From Heptranchias perlo (Eukaryota), in assembly GCF_035084215.1 (NCBI RefSeq), contig NC_090326.1, positions 48,050,001 through 48,114,000 of the forward strand: a stretch of DNA of 64,000 bases, written 5' to 3'. Positions within the stretch are counted from its first letter, which is position 1. Each line of letters begins with the position of its first letter. Positions 1-12,949 of this stretch are shown piece by piece. Position numbers and translations under genes: made by a program. Under the pieces are notes generated by a model. It was not told the origin of the DNA and made no database searches. It was given only the letters and a program-made list of their open reading frames with translations.

Positions 1-733
1 AGGCCTTTGATGAATTACCACATCACCAATAAACCAAGCTAGGTGTGAAAATGCAGGTGTGGGGAAAGGGCCTGATGCACCACGTTCAGTTACCATTCTA
101 AGCCATATTGAGCAGAGAATATGATGCCTTACCCAGAAAGGGAATTAGGGGTGGGCAGGTAAATAGTCAAACGTGGCTGCTAGCTACAGGAAACAAAAAT
201 GTGTTTGCATTCAAGTAATTTTTGACCATATTGCTTGAACACTCCATAAAAGGTTTCACAACAGGTTAATTTTTTTTTAAATGCTCAATGGTTTGACAAT
301 TCAATTTCATAATAAATAAGAGAAGAAAATGATTAAAGGCAATTAGAAATTGGCATTAATTTTATGGTAGGTTGTTACACAAGGCACACCAAAAATATTA
401 TGAACAGTTCACAAGAAACAAAAATAATCCCTCTCCCACATTTTAGTAAAAATTTTTTTTGTTTTGTATTTCATCTTCAGCAGCATGAAAATTTAAACCT
501 GGCACTGAACATTTTTGGACAGGGTTGCAACTATTTTAGTTGCACCAAATATCCATTTGAGATCCAACTATTCTACCACAACGTTACCAACTTTTATCAT
601 CTGCTTAAATATAAAATACACGCATTTGCAGTCAAGCCATTTCAGTATCCACATTGTCAAAAAAATTATGGCTTGTTTGATTGCAGGTTGTTAAACTAAA
701 AGACACTCAATCTAGAGGGATTTTAGAAATTCA

Positions 734-925
<192 letters not shown>

Positions 926-2257
926 TTAAAAAAAGGTCTGTGGCATGATGATGCACAGGTATAGGCTATGTAGTCCACTGCATTATTTTGTAAAATACTT
1001 TTCTTTTGCATCTCTTTACTCTCTCATCCTTTGTCTTTCAGCTAAGTGTGCAGAACAATTTGAGCTAAACCTCCATTGCCACCAATTCCTCTCCACAAAT
1101 GAAGGTGTGCTGCAGTGAGAAGAAACAGTTCATTTCCTGTGATGGAGCACTCTGCTGTTGTAACACCCCCCCCCCCCCCCCCCACCACCAAATCATCTCA
1201 AACCAATTGCTGGGTTGGAAAGTTAATATTCTCTCAACAGCTACACCACCAAATGATTTTGAAAAACATGCCAAAAATAAATATTTATATACAAATTTTA
1301 AAATAGCAATAGCATGCTGAAATTCAATTATGAAGGACAGAATCAGTAATATCCTACACAATGATTAATTTTAAACTGAAAAAACTCAATTTGCAAGTAG
1401 ACTGCATCAAATATGAGCAAATATCAAAAATTCCACTGGTGTTTGATCAAAGGGAATTTCTCAAAAGGGTATCAATAAACTTAATCTTTGCCACTAGGTG
1501 GTGCCACAACTTCAATGTCAAAATGGATTATTACTGGGAGAATTGCACATAAGTGCCACTGTTCCATAGTGTGGTAGGATACTGATTCACATCCATCATT
1601 CCTACATTGAGTTAATGACCGTGACTATCATTGCAGATGCTGAACAGAAACGAAGCATTTCCCCACAGGGCTAGAAAATACAATGGCCTCCACCACTACT
1701 CAGGACTTCCTAATGTTAGCTCAAGAGCAGTTCAGACCAGTACCACATTGTTACAAAAACCTAAAGAATGTAAAACTTGAAGGAAGGACAGAGGAAATAG
1801 ACATATGTTGACGATGCTGGACGACATTGTGGTCTATGGGTGGTGCAAGCAGCTTCTCCACATCTCAGTTACAATACTGTTTATTTCCTCATAGAATACT
1901 GAGATATAGAATAAGTTTCCACAAGGGAGTCAAATCAGGTTGCAGTCAACTTTACAAGTACATGAATCACAACATGGGATTCTGTAATCTGCAGCAATTA
2001 AATGACTGCAATTTTAGAATGAGGAAAAAGAACGAATTGAAATTATTTAATTAGTTAAAATTACACTCCCTTCCCCTCATTGGTACTAATTTTTCCAGTG
2101 GCATTAGAAACCAACTCACAGCTTGCTGAAAAAAAGAAACAAATCTTTGTAGCCAGGATCAGTTCTTATCAGAAACCCCAATCATTTGTCCATATATTGC
2201 AAGGCAAGTGCCAGTGAAGCACTGACTTTCTTTTCTAAATCTTTTCTCACTCTACTT

Positions 2258-2310
2258 AAAATAAAATTGCTGGACTATAACTTGGTGTTGTAAAATTGTT
2301 TACAATTGTC
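2258..2310 (+). mobile_element. Short Penelope-like 3' fragment
   Basis: aaataaaattgctggactataacttggtgttgtaaaattgtttacaattgtc is nearly identical to 36448-36499. Confidence 0.7.
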
Positions 2311-2571
2311 TAGTTACAGTTGCTGTGGTATATTTTCCACTCTGATGGTGAAACTTTTACAACACCAACTGAAATCAAATTGTAATTATAACTCTGATTT
2401 GGCTATATTTCCTTTGGAACCATTGATGCTTTTTGCTTCAATTAATTATCCAGCTCTTACATGCATGGATTCCTCCTAAACCACAGCTAACAAAAAGATG
2501 GTGATTAGTAATGTTGCTAATCACTACCATTGGACAATTTCCTAAATAAAAAATAATGATCAGAGCATTCC

Positions 2572-4263
2572 ACAATGAGTCAAATCTTGCTAGAGCAGAG
2601 CTGTTAAGACTTTTTCCAGCACCTTTCAGCTCGAATGTAATTTGCATTGCAACTTTCTGGAAGTGCGAGCTGATAACGGTGCAGCAAGGGCAATGGGGCA
2701 CCTGGGACCCAACAGTGTATCTTCTCAACCAGTGAGATTTAAGGACTCGGAAAGAAACAGAAGAACAATGGAGAAGGAAATAGGGTGAATTAGAGTCAAA
2801 CCATGTACAGAAAGAGAAATAAAAAAAGAGGGAAAGAAAGATTGGATTAAGAGAGGGAGAAAAAAAAGACAAAGGAAAAATAAGAAAAAAAAATTGCAAA
2901 TTTTTAAAATCTCAATTTACTACATACAGCAATGAGACTCAACAGCTTAAATTGTTCCCTTTCTGGGCTGGAGTGATTGATTGGCATTCTATTAACAGTT
3001 ATCATGTCATTAAAAAGGTACTTGCGCTGTTAATTATGAGCCCTAACTTTCTGCAGCAAGTTTAATGGGCAATTAATGTGCAAATTCTTAAAAATAATGG
3101 GGATGCTAAGGGCGAGATGCCATTTGTGCAGAGCAAACAGCAGAGGGGCGGAAATCGACCAGCAAGTTTTGGAGATTTGCAACTTACGAAGTATCTCTTC
3201 ATCCCCTGAACTTGCTGGCCGATTTGCACATTAGAAATCATAGAAAGGTTACAGCACGGAAGGAGGCCATTTGGCCTATCGAGTCCATGCCGGCTCTATG
3301 CAAGAGCAATCCAGCTAGTCCCACTCCCCTGCCCTGTCTCCGTAGCCCTACAAACTTTTTCCTTTCAAGTACTTATCCACTTCCCTTTTGAAGGCCATGA
3401 TTGAATCTGCCTCCACCACCCCCTCGGGCAGTGCATTCCAGATCTTAACCACTCGCTGTGTAAAAAAGTTTTTCCTCATGTCACCTTTGCTTCTTTTGCC
3501 AATCACCTTAAATCTATGCCCTCTAGTTCTTGACCCTTCCGCCAATGGGAACAGTTTTTCTCCATCTACTCTGTCTAGACTCATGATTTTGAATACCTCT
3601 ATCAAATCTCCTCACAACCATCTCTGTTCCAAGGAGAACAGCCCCAGCTTCTCCAGTCTATCCACGTAACTAAAGTCCCTCATCCCTGGAATTATTCTAA
3701 TAAATCTCTTCTGTATCCTCGATAAGGCCTTTGCATCTTTCCTGAAATGCGGTGCCCAGAACTGGACACAATACTCCAGTTGTAGCTGAACCAGTGTTTT
3801 ATAAAGGCTCATTATGACTTCCATGCTTTTGAACTCTATGCCTCTATTTATAAAGTCCAGGATCCTGTATGCTTTTATAACCGCTTTCTCAACCTGCCCT
3901 GCCACCTTCAACGATTTGTGAACATGTACCCCCAGATCTCGCTGTTACTGTACCCCTTTTAGAGTTGTGCCCTCTAGTTTATATTGTCTCTCCTCAAACT
4001 TCCTACCGAAATGTATCACTTCGCATTTTTCTGTGTTAAATTTCATCTGCCACGTGTCCGCCCATGCTGCCAGCCTGTCTATATCCTCTTGAAGTCTATC
4101 ACTATCCTCCTCACTATTCACTACCCTTCCAAGTTTTGTGTCATCTGCAAATTTTGAAATTGTGCCTTGTACACCGAAGTCCAAGTCATTAATATATAGC
4201 AAATTATATTAATAACGGCATGCGTCAACACACTTATTTTTCCAGGGAGATTTGGCCCATTAT
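2572..4263. mobile_element. Non-autonomous TIR element (MITE-like), split by a CR1 insertion
   Basis: Imperfect terminal inverted repeats at 2572-2594 and 4241-4263. The body aligns by eye with 62412-63083. Confidence 0.7.
3232..4200 (-). mobile_element. CR1 LINE, 5'-truncated (RT C-terminus + 3'UTR)
   Basis: ORFs with KFADDTK, LEYCVQFW and FFTQRVV..WNALP; octamer-type tail near 3232. Confidence 0.95.
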
Positions 4264-4649
4264 ATTAGTATTGCTGGCAGTAAAGAATGGCCATCATTTT
4301 TTAAAAACTGACCAGCAGTAAAATGGGTTTCAACATTTCAATTCAAAATGTTATTTTTCACAGGTTTTAATGGTGGCCTTAAAATGGAAATGTAGTAAGA
4401 TGGTGCAGCAGTTTATACAATTCAAAGTAGTTTTGTAAAGAAATATCCAGGAGAAAAAGCAGATTTGGCTCATTTGTCTGGAAGTTCTTTCACCATAAGC
4501 AGAGCAAAAAAAATGCTTTTGGAAAACCCAATGCCTGCGCTCAAGGAATACAGAATGCAATTGAAACAATCTCTGAACGAACGCAAAGTAATTTGTTACC
4601 AGGCACCATAGTGCTATTCCATTTCTTAACGAATTAAGCCAGTTGGAAT

Positions 4650-5195
4650 ACAACAACTTGCATTTATATAGCATCTTTAACATAGTAAAGCGTCCCAAGG
4701 CGCTTCACAGGAGCGTTATCCAACAAAATGTGACACCTGGTCGCATAAGGAGATATTAGGACAGTGACCAAAAACTTGGTCAAAGAGGCAGGTTTTAAGG
4801 AGCATCTTAAAGGAGGAGAGGTCGTGAGACAGAGGTTTAGGGAGGGAATTCCAGAGCTTAGGGTCTAGGCAGCTGAAGGCTCGGCAGCCAATGGTGGAGC
4901 GATTAAAATCAGGAAAGCGTACGAGGCCAGAATTGGAGGTAAGCAGAGATCTCGGCGGGTTGTAGGGCTGGAGGAGGTTACAGCGATAGGGAGTGGCGAG
5001 GCAATGGGGAGATTTGAAGACAAGGGTGAGAATTTTTTTTTTTTAAATCGAGACTTTGCCAGATTGGGAGCCAATGTAGGTCAGCAAGCAAAGGGGTCAT
5101 GGATGGACGGGACTTGGTGCGAGTTAGGGTACAAGAAGCACAGTTTTGGATGAGCTCAAGTTTATGGATGGTACAAAGTGGGAGGCTGGCCAGTA
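4650..5195 (-). mobile_element. L2-type LINE 3' fragment
   Basis: Minus-strand peptide LHKLELIQN..TPLLADLHWLP; tail tgctatataaatgcaagttgttg. Confidence 0.85.
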
Positions 5196-7018
5196 GATTA
5201 AGCAACAGACCCTAGATGGCATCAGATATTTTGCTGTGCAAGTTAAACCTCTCCCCTTAACTTATTTTGGCAAATGTCCCTACCCAGCCAGCTGCAAACT
5301 TTATTGTTCTGTATTTCACATTCCCCCGGGCTGCTCAAAAAATCATCAAAAATTTGACTTGTGAATTTACTAAGTCAAATGAAACTCCATAATCCTCCTC
5401 CTGCCAAAGTATGAAACTGAGTTTTAGCCCAGCAGAAAGTGACGTCACTGTCCTGTAAATAGATGGCAGCTAACAAGCAAAGGAGAAAGAAGTTTGAAAA
5501 ATGAAAAGAATGGAGCAGAGAGATGGCAAAACAGTAATGTTTTAAATGACTCATTTTATGTAGACTTATTTCTACATTCACCACTGTGATAAAGCTAAAA
5601 TCTCAGTATTACTGAAATATTAAGTAATTCATTAAAACATATTCCACTAGAATACCCTGGATTATTTTTTTAAAAAGCTGGTGGTATTATTAAAAAAACG
5701 GAAAAAAAACATGAACTATGTATAGAAAGTTACCAAATGGTCTTGATCCAGGAGTGCCAGCAGGTGAGCTTGACCAGTATCAGCACTCAGTTTCCAAACC
5801 AGTGTAACGACAAAGATTTAGCCAACATATTTTGATCAATATCCCCAACAACTTTTCTGTAAATGTGGCCACAGGCACAACCATGTATATTTATCTACAT
5901 AAAAAATATTTCTTCAAAATAGTTTACTTGCATCTATGGTCACATCTACATAACTTCAATACAGTAAAATTGCTGAGTGGGTTGCAACATTCCATTTCAA
6001 AAGGCATTGAAAACTACCATCAAGTTCTCTCGAGGGCAAAATCCATTTTAAAAGTGCGAACATTTATCTGAAGTACCAGTAACATCTCTAGGTGGTGCTG
6101 TGGTCAGCATTTGTAACAACAAACTACTGTCATGCTGATGTTATTGCCAAACCCAATACTTCAGTGATTCTAAATTGGAAGGCAGCTTGTATTTCCTTTA
6201 TTAAATCATGACAGCAAAGAATACAATTTCCCCTCAGCAATAATTAATGACAACCCAATTTTCACACTACCCATACCTCCCAAGCCAACTTCCCTCAGAA
6301 TAAGTGAACACAATTTGGCAATTTTTCTCTGTATCCTCCACCTGCTTACCAAAGATTTGGATTTTGCAACCACCCATTCAGACAGTAATCATAAACCCCT
6401 GGATACAATGTTGTCACACTCTCTCTCTCTCTCTCTCCTCTCCCCACCACACACATTGTACTCTCCTCACAATTGCTAGAAATGGCCTGAAGAACGAGTT
6501 CTCCTCCCTTTAAGACAGCTTTAGAAGCTGGTATGGGAGAGTTTATCCCCACTTGTGCTTATACTGAAAGAGGGGCTGAATACCTCTTGTGCTGGAAGTC
6601 TTTGAGACATCAACATCATGTAGCGAGGCTGTTGAGCGTAAAGGTCAATCTCTGGTTGTGATTTTGAAGTTGGAGCGACATTGCCGTGGCTCCCTCGACT
6701 TAGCCACTTTGACGGTCTCACCATCACCACCACCCCCCCCCAACCCACTTAGCCATTGCGCCAACACCCACCCCATCCCAGTAAGCCACTTTTCTGGTTT
6801 TAAACCAACCTCCCCCTACCCCACAAAAGCATTCATTCCCACACCCACCAGCTGAGAAAGCTTGCCAGCTCCTCTTTCCTCCATCAGTTCTCCGCATCCA
6901 CCCCACTTTGGGCCAATTATCCCCATGCCCTCTAACTCTGACTAGTATCCTTTGTCTTGACTTCTCCATGTGCAATGCCACAGGAGATGGACTAGAACAC
7001 ACACACAAAAATCCTTAC

Positions 7019-7119
7019 CTTTTCCTGACCCAGTCCACACGTGCTGCACAGGTGGGTTTCTAAGAATACCATTACTAACGGGTGTCCTATGGCTCCCTCT
7101 GTCTATTTTGTTTTTACTG
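7019..7119 (-). CDS. ZCCHC2: ZCCHC2 exon (probable 11): (I)SKNKIDRGSHRTPVSNGILRNPPVQHVWTGSGK
   Basis: aacag acceptor, GTAAGG donor, 101 nt. Phase 2/1 fits both neighbouring exons; weak similarity to human ..NGIRLSTPQH.. Confidence 0.85.
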
Positions 7120-7554
7120 CTGTTAAAAAGCAAAAAATCTAATTAGAGATGGATCATAGAAAGACTAATTACTCCTTTCTCTTCCCCAAGTCCAAAATTA
7201 TCACCCTAGTATATAAAAGGAAGCCAAAATAATGTGCCCTGTTACAACATTAAAACACATTGTGTACTTGTCACATAGTTTGAAAACACAAATCTAATGA
7301 ATATAGCAGGACATCTAAACTTCTTACTAGGATAAGCTGCCTAACAAACATGGGCTCTCCCCATTACTCTTCCCCAATAATTTTACCACACTAGCAAATG
7401 TAAAATAATTTCTTTTGACTAGAATGTCTGTGGTACACACTAATGTTAGTTGATTTCTGTTAAGCTATATGGGAATCTAACAAAATTTTTCTGCATAATG
7501 ATATCTAAATTAATTTTAAATCTTCAATATATTTATCATTACTGCAGGACCTCC

Positions 7555-7870
7555 ATTCTCCCTAATCCTCCACAATTTTCTCCTCTCTTTCCCTCCCCCC
7601 TCCCCCAAAAGATGCTAATTCATGCTAGGAGGACAGTTGCATTGGAGCTGTCAGCCAATACTCAGTGACATTCTTCATGGATAAGCTTAAACAGAGTGCG
7701 CTAGGAGGCTTTAAGCCTCCTAAAAGCATGTTGGGCACTGCAACCAAGCGTGAGCTGATCCTTACCCAAGCACTATCCAGCAGGGATCACTGGCCAGCAG
7801 CCAGGACCAGAGACCATGGCTGTTTTATCAGCTCCCTAGCCTAAGTTCACTAAAAGCAGTTGTTGCATCC
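7555..7870 (-). repeat. Old SINE-like interspersed repeat (family shared with 8570-8930 and others)
   Basis: Degenerate similarity by eye to 8570-8930, 14530-15260, 52690-52915 and, inverted, 51800-51965. Confidence 0.5.
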
Positions 7871-7899
7871 CAACTACTACTTGCCTTTTCCTCCTCTCT

Positions 7900-7985
7900 G
7901 CACTGAAATAAAGACTTTTACCATCTATTCTAACTCATTCTTTCCCAGGACCTTCAAACTTGAATTCCTTACATCCCTTAATGCT
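7900..7985 (+). mobile_element. Small LINE 3' remnant
   Basis: Peptide YSNSFFPRTFK followed by NSL, the typical LINE ORF2 C-terminal SFFPRT..WNSL motif. Confidence 0.45.
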
Positions 7986-8047
7986 TACTTAAAAAAAAAT
8001 ACAGCAAGAACACTGAACCCTCTCCCAGCATCTATACTAATACATAC

Positions 8048-8112
8048 ATGTCCGCCTGAGTGTTCAGCTTCTTACTCCCAGATGAAGTATTTCTTTTATC
8101 TTCTGCGAAACA
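8048..8112 (-). CDS. ZCCHC2: ZCCHC2 exon (probable 10): CFAEDKRNTSSGSKKLNTQAD
   Basis: ttgtag acceptor, GTATGT donor, 65 nt. Phase 0/2 bridges the flanking exons exactly; loose similarity to human [21 protein letters not shown]. Confidence 0.75.
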
Positions 8113-8569
8113 CTACAATGAATGGAAAAAAAATGCATGATCAGAATCCATTTGAATATCTGGGGACACAGTAAACAAAGATTAGTACCAGCCAAGACAT
8201 AGGAATGATTGTTTTTCCTGTGTACTGTATTCCAACATTCTAAAAGATATTTGTTTACAGCAAATACTTGCACCATACTGATTTACAGGTGTACAAAACA
8301 CCCTGTGGATAAGCCTGACACTAGCCACACACAATTCTTTTCTTTAACCTTTCTGCAGTTCTACAATACATTATCTTTCAAATGCTTTGTGTCTACCCTT
8401 TATAATACATAGAAGGGAACCAGTTAACAATACAAGATTGCAGTGCTCATTGATAGTTAGCCTATTGCACATTATAGTCACAATATAGGTCTTATTCAGC
8501 CTTCCTTTTTCATAGCAGCACTTTCAGCAGAGGGGAGAAAAGTTGGGAAGGATGGAAGAGAACTTTACT

Positions 8570-8930
8570 CTTGTTGGGACATGGTCCTACAAGGAACCAA
8601 CAGTTTTCTGGTACCTCGCACAACTGCTCATTCTTCACACATGAGCCTAGACAGTGAGTGTCAATGGACTATTTAATTGTGAAGGGCATCAAGCCCAATC
8701 CTATCCTTATCAGATGTATACACACCCACCAGAAAGGGTCATTGGATGGCAAATCAGGAATAGGATTCCTGGCTGAGTTTCCCCCTCCCTAGCTCAGGGT
8801 AAATTATAACACCCCAATTGCTACCCCAGTCGAGATCAGTTAATAGAGAGCAGGACTGGGAATCAAACTTGAGATCTACTGATTTATATGGGTCATTATC
8901 ACACTAGGCAATGTAATCAACATAAGCAGG
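8570..8930 (-). repeat. Old SINE-like interspersed repeat with degenerate tRNA-like head
   Basis: Minus strand has a box-B-like aagtttgattccc near the head. Several degenerate copies occur in the window. Confidence 0.55.
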
Positions 8931-8949
8931 TCGGCCACAGACCACAAGA

Positions 8950-9500
8950 TGTTGCCATCATGCTCTCCCCTCTGCCAGCTCCCAAACCTATCATTTACCC
9001 ATCATAACTTTTCCCATAGTCCAATCATCTCAGCTTTGAGCTTTTGTGGTTTTTTTCCCAGCGGGGACCTATTTGATCAGCTTCAGCTATACGGTTACAC
9101 ATGCGTCACTATCATGCTACTACTGCACTCAAGTCACTCCTCACTAATCTCTCCTGGCACAGCATATTCCAAAAAACATCCAATTTCTGCTTCAGTGCCT
9201 TTACCAGGGTCCATTTCCTAGCCCCATAAAGAATTGCCAGTTGCACCCTAGCCTTATACAATCTTTACATCCAATAATGCATGTCTTCTCTGGAAAGGAT
9301 TAAATACTTTCAGCCTGAACAATGCATTCTCTTCACCTCCTCTTTGTATGCCCAGCCAAATGGGATGCAATTTCCCAGATATACATACCTATTTATCACT
9401 TCCACCTCCTTACCATTAATATTCATTTTTCTTCAGCCTCCCTTATGCTTTTCTTCATGCTATGGATATAATGACTGCACTTGGCAAGTTGATATAAAAT
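8950..9500 (-). mobile_element. Fossil RTE-clade LINE fragment
   Basis: Minus-strand translation NINGKEVEVINRYVYLG...EEVKR and YKARVQLAILYGARKWTLVKALKQKLDVF match RTE ORF C-terminal motifs; contains indels. Confidence 0.75.
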
Positions 9501-11559
9501 CCTGGTCTACAACTGAAGGGCATTCCTCTTCCATCTCACCCAATCAACAATTAACCCAAGTTATACCAACCACAGAATGCCAGATTGCCAAATAATTTCC
9601 CATTAATTTAAAAGTTCTCAACTCCGTGCCAACATTCTTCTACGTTTTTCCTGAACCTTGGAGCTATAGTTCAAGCTTAGCACTGGTTCAACCCCCAAAA
9701 TCTCCAATCCTCTAACTGGTAAGCAGTATGTAATGGTAGCTGGTGAGGAAATGGAGGGAAAAAAAATCTAATCTGAGAAGCTCCACATTGAAAACTATCC
9801 AAGCTAGGTTTTGCTGACACAAGTACCAATTTCAAAAATAGAGATGCTGGGTAGAGCTTGCAGTATATAAAAAGAAAATCAAATTTATAATTATTTGAAT
9901 TCAATATTAGGGCTATCCATAACCATTTACACAATACAAATCATACTTTTGGGGTTGAAATGGGAAGTTAATGTTCTATGTACATTCTAAAATAGCTTTA
10001 GAGTAGACTTTTTTTTGAGGGGACATGGGGTTCAACAGGGAGACAGAGGTCACAGGACTTTAAAGGGTGACAAACCACAGCTCCACCCTGTAGCCCTCAA
10101 GCCAAAATGTAGCAAGTGCGGAGGAGCAAGTTTTTATTTCATTCCAGAGTAGAGACTGAAGTTTAGCTATTATACTACAATATTAGGTAGTATTTTCCAC
10201 TGCCTTTACAACAGTTTTTTTGGCAGTAATGGGGCAGGCATCGGCAGAAAATCGGTTTAGGAATCAGCTGAAGCAGATCCACGCCCATTTCTTTGCCAGT
10301 CAGAATTTCTAGTGTCATTTCCACTGGAGGCCAGAAGTGCCTGCTTAAATATGGGTGGGTGCATTTAAGTGAGGTGGCAACGAGTAATTATGTGTAACAC
10401 TTTCCGTCATTATTGGCAACACTGGATGCTTGGAATTCCAGCATTCAAATGGAATCCAGTGTTGCCAAGGGAGACAGAACAGCAAACAATTTAAACTGAG
10501 AAGGCAGGAGCATTAATCAAGAGTGGCAGTTCCACAGTTAGTAGATTTTGCCACTTCAATGATGGCAGGAATATTAAAACACTCAGCTGCCTGCTCCTTT
10601 AACCTGCTATAGGCATTTGTCTCCTGCAGCACTGGCCATTTCCTTCTACCACCAGCAGTCATCTCCAGAACACAGGCAGGAATGATGCAGAGAGCTGTCA
10701 AACTTAGGCAAATGAATCAGACACCTGGCAATTCACCAGGGCCAGCAATAGGTCAGTCAGAAAACACTAAACTCACCCCCGACCACAGCTTCAGCAACAG
10801 TGCTGCCAGAGGAAAGTCTCAAGTTAAAGTTTTAGGAATACAGCAGTAAATAAGTAATTAATGTGCACAGCTTTAATTCAGAGGGTCAATAAAGGAACAG
10901 TTAAGTGCATGTGTGTGTTTAAGTTAAGAGGGAAGTAGTATTTCCAAAATAAAATTAGTCAAATCCAGACAAGCTTTTTTTTTTGGGGGGGTGGGGGGCA
11001 GGGGGCAGACGGACGGACTTTTAAAAAAAAAATCTCTACTTGTTAGGAGTTTTAGATTTCTTCCAGTCCACAAGACTCACCATTTCACACCAGCAAAATT
11101 CAGCAGGCAGGCTCATCCAAGATTAGGAACTTGAAGAATTCAACTTTATAAGGAATAACTACAATATGTACTCTTTCCTGTCCTGGAGTGGCAAGGTGCC
11201 CAAGGCAGGACATTTCAGTATTAGATGGGCAATAGGAGTCACTCATTGGGTGTTGTAGTTCATGTCAACCGATCAGCTCTCTGCTGACTGTAGAGCCCTA
11301 AAATAGCAGGTCTCTCCAAGGGAAGGAAATACTTCAGCTGTTAAATATGATTACTCAATTTTTTAAAAAAATCTTGGGGTGGGGGGTGGGGGGTGGGGGG
11401 AGGGGGTGCAGTGAAGGTGAAAGAGGCAAGTACTGAAGTATTCAATACAAAAATGCTGGATAATAATCATGGAGATATGCAAGGCATCCATGCAGAACCT
11501 AGAGTTAAGAGTTCGCCTTAAAAGAAAAGAAATTTGGTCAAGCAAAATTTCACACCCAC

Positions 11560-11692
11560 ATGTTCCATCCCAGCTGTACGATGCTCAGTGTTGTGTTTTG
11601 TACTGTAGTTCCTTTTCCTCCAGTCCAGTACACCATTCTGATCAGAGTGCTGTAAGCCCACACTATCCCCTGGAGATTTTACACCAGAGATA
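11560..11692 (-). CDS. ZCCHC2: ZCCHC2 exon (probable 9): (S)ISGVKSPGDSVGLQHSDQNGVLDWRKRNYSTKHNTEHRTAGMEH
   Basis: ttttacag acceptor, GTGGGT donor, 133 nt, phase 2/0. QNGVLDWRK resembles human QNGIVDWRK. Confidence 0.88.
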
Positions 11693-12949
11693 CTGTAAAA
11701 AGAAGAGAAATGTTCAGGAAAACAAGAACCAGAATGGATTGATCTTTAAAGCATGACTTGAAGTGACAGTGGTGTCAGAGTACATGCCATTAAAAGATCT
11801 CCCTGGTCAACAATAAAAAAAAGCTTTAATTCATTGCAAACACTGGACAGTGGAAGTATACACCATAAATACTGAATTTAACATCAGTTCTCTTAAAAAG
11901 GTTTGATTTTTAAAGATGTTATCCATCTCTCTTTCCACCCCCAATTTCTTTGAATTTAGGAAATTATAAAATGATTTTTAAAAAGTGTGCTGACCCCCAA
12001 GAGAGCCAGTTACAATTAGACAGTTGAAGACCCAGCAAGTCTTACTAATTTAAAGTAAGCTTCACCCAGAGCTTAGCTGCAGTATTTAAATATAGAAAAA
12101 GAGTAAATACTTTATGCTCCCCACCCTGTTCTTGTTCACAATTGCTTACATTGAGAGTTGTAGGAGGAAGTTTGAATTTCAAATAATTATCTCTTCTAGT
12201 TTTGTCCTCATTTCATATCTGGAACGCCTTACAAATAAAAATGTGGAGATCTTTATGCTGCTGACACTACCCCTTTGCTTCCCTCCACCCCCCCCCCCCC
12301 CAAGCTGGGAAATTGTTCATTGTTTATTGTTCAAATAACAGTTGCCAAAGATCAGAATTTTGGCATCATTTTTGTATTTGTTAACAAGTTAGGAATAGGA
12401 AAAGTGGCAATGTAAATGTTTTTATATTTTCATTGAAAAGTTTAACAAAAAGTCATTTAGAAGGGCAATTAGAAAATCAATTCATAAAACTAAACAGTTT
12501 TTCTGCAGTTTATAAATCATAAATCCCTTTTTGTTTGAAATGGGACACCCTCCCTCCAAATCAAAATCTGGGATGGCAGAGGTAACCTTGAGTATACAGT
12601 GAAACTAGTCAACTTTACTAAAGTGCAACAGTTTACATGAACAGACTGAACATATACACAGTACTAAAGCAAAGTTTAAAGTATACCATTTATACCCAAT
12701 TAGTATACACATCTTACAATATTCCACCCGTACAACAAACCCCTACAACAGGCAAAGTACCAGAATATTGCTAAATTAAACCTGAAATTCAAGTAATAGC
12801 AACAGGATAAAAAGAATATGAAAACTTTCAAAAAGTTCCGTACAAACATTCTTTTGAATTGCAAAACTATCAGAATGTCTTCAGCATTAACTAGAACTAT
12901 TCCTACATGTCTGCGTAAGAGGAGAAAAATGAGATTTTACTTGACTTAC

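Noticed and set aside
364-699. Short unannotated ORFs (e.g. 364-699, 2438-2899, 4351-4698, 49439-49798)
   Set aside because: No recognisable motifs or splice context; consistent with chance ORFs in AT-rich intron or repeat DNA.
1489-1505. CTCF-like motif ccactaggtggtgc
   Set aside because: A single imperfect motif is expected by chance in 64 kb; there is no supporting evidence.
9377-9420. Possible extra ZCCHC2 exon with an AG|GTATGT donor
   Set aside because: It lies within the fossil RTE fragment, and the exon chain already closes in phase without it.
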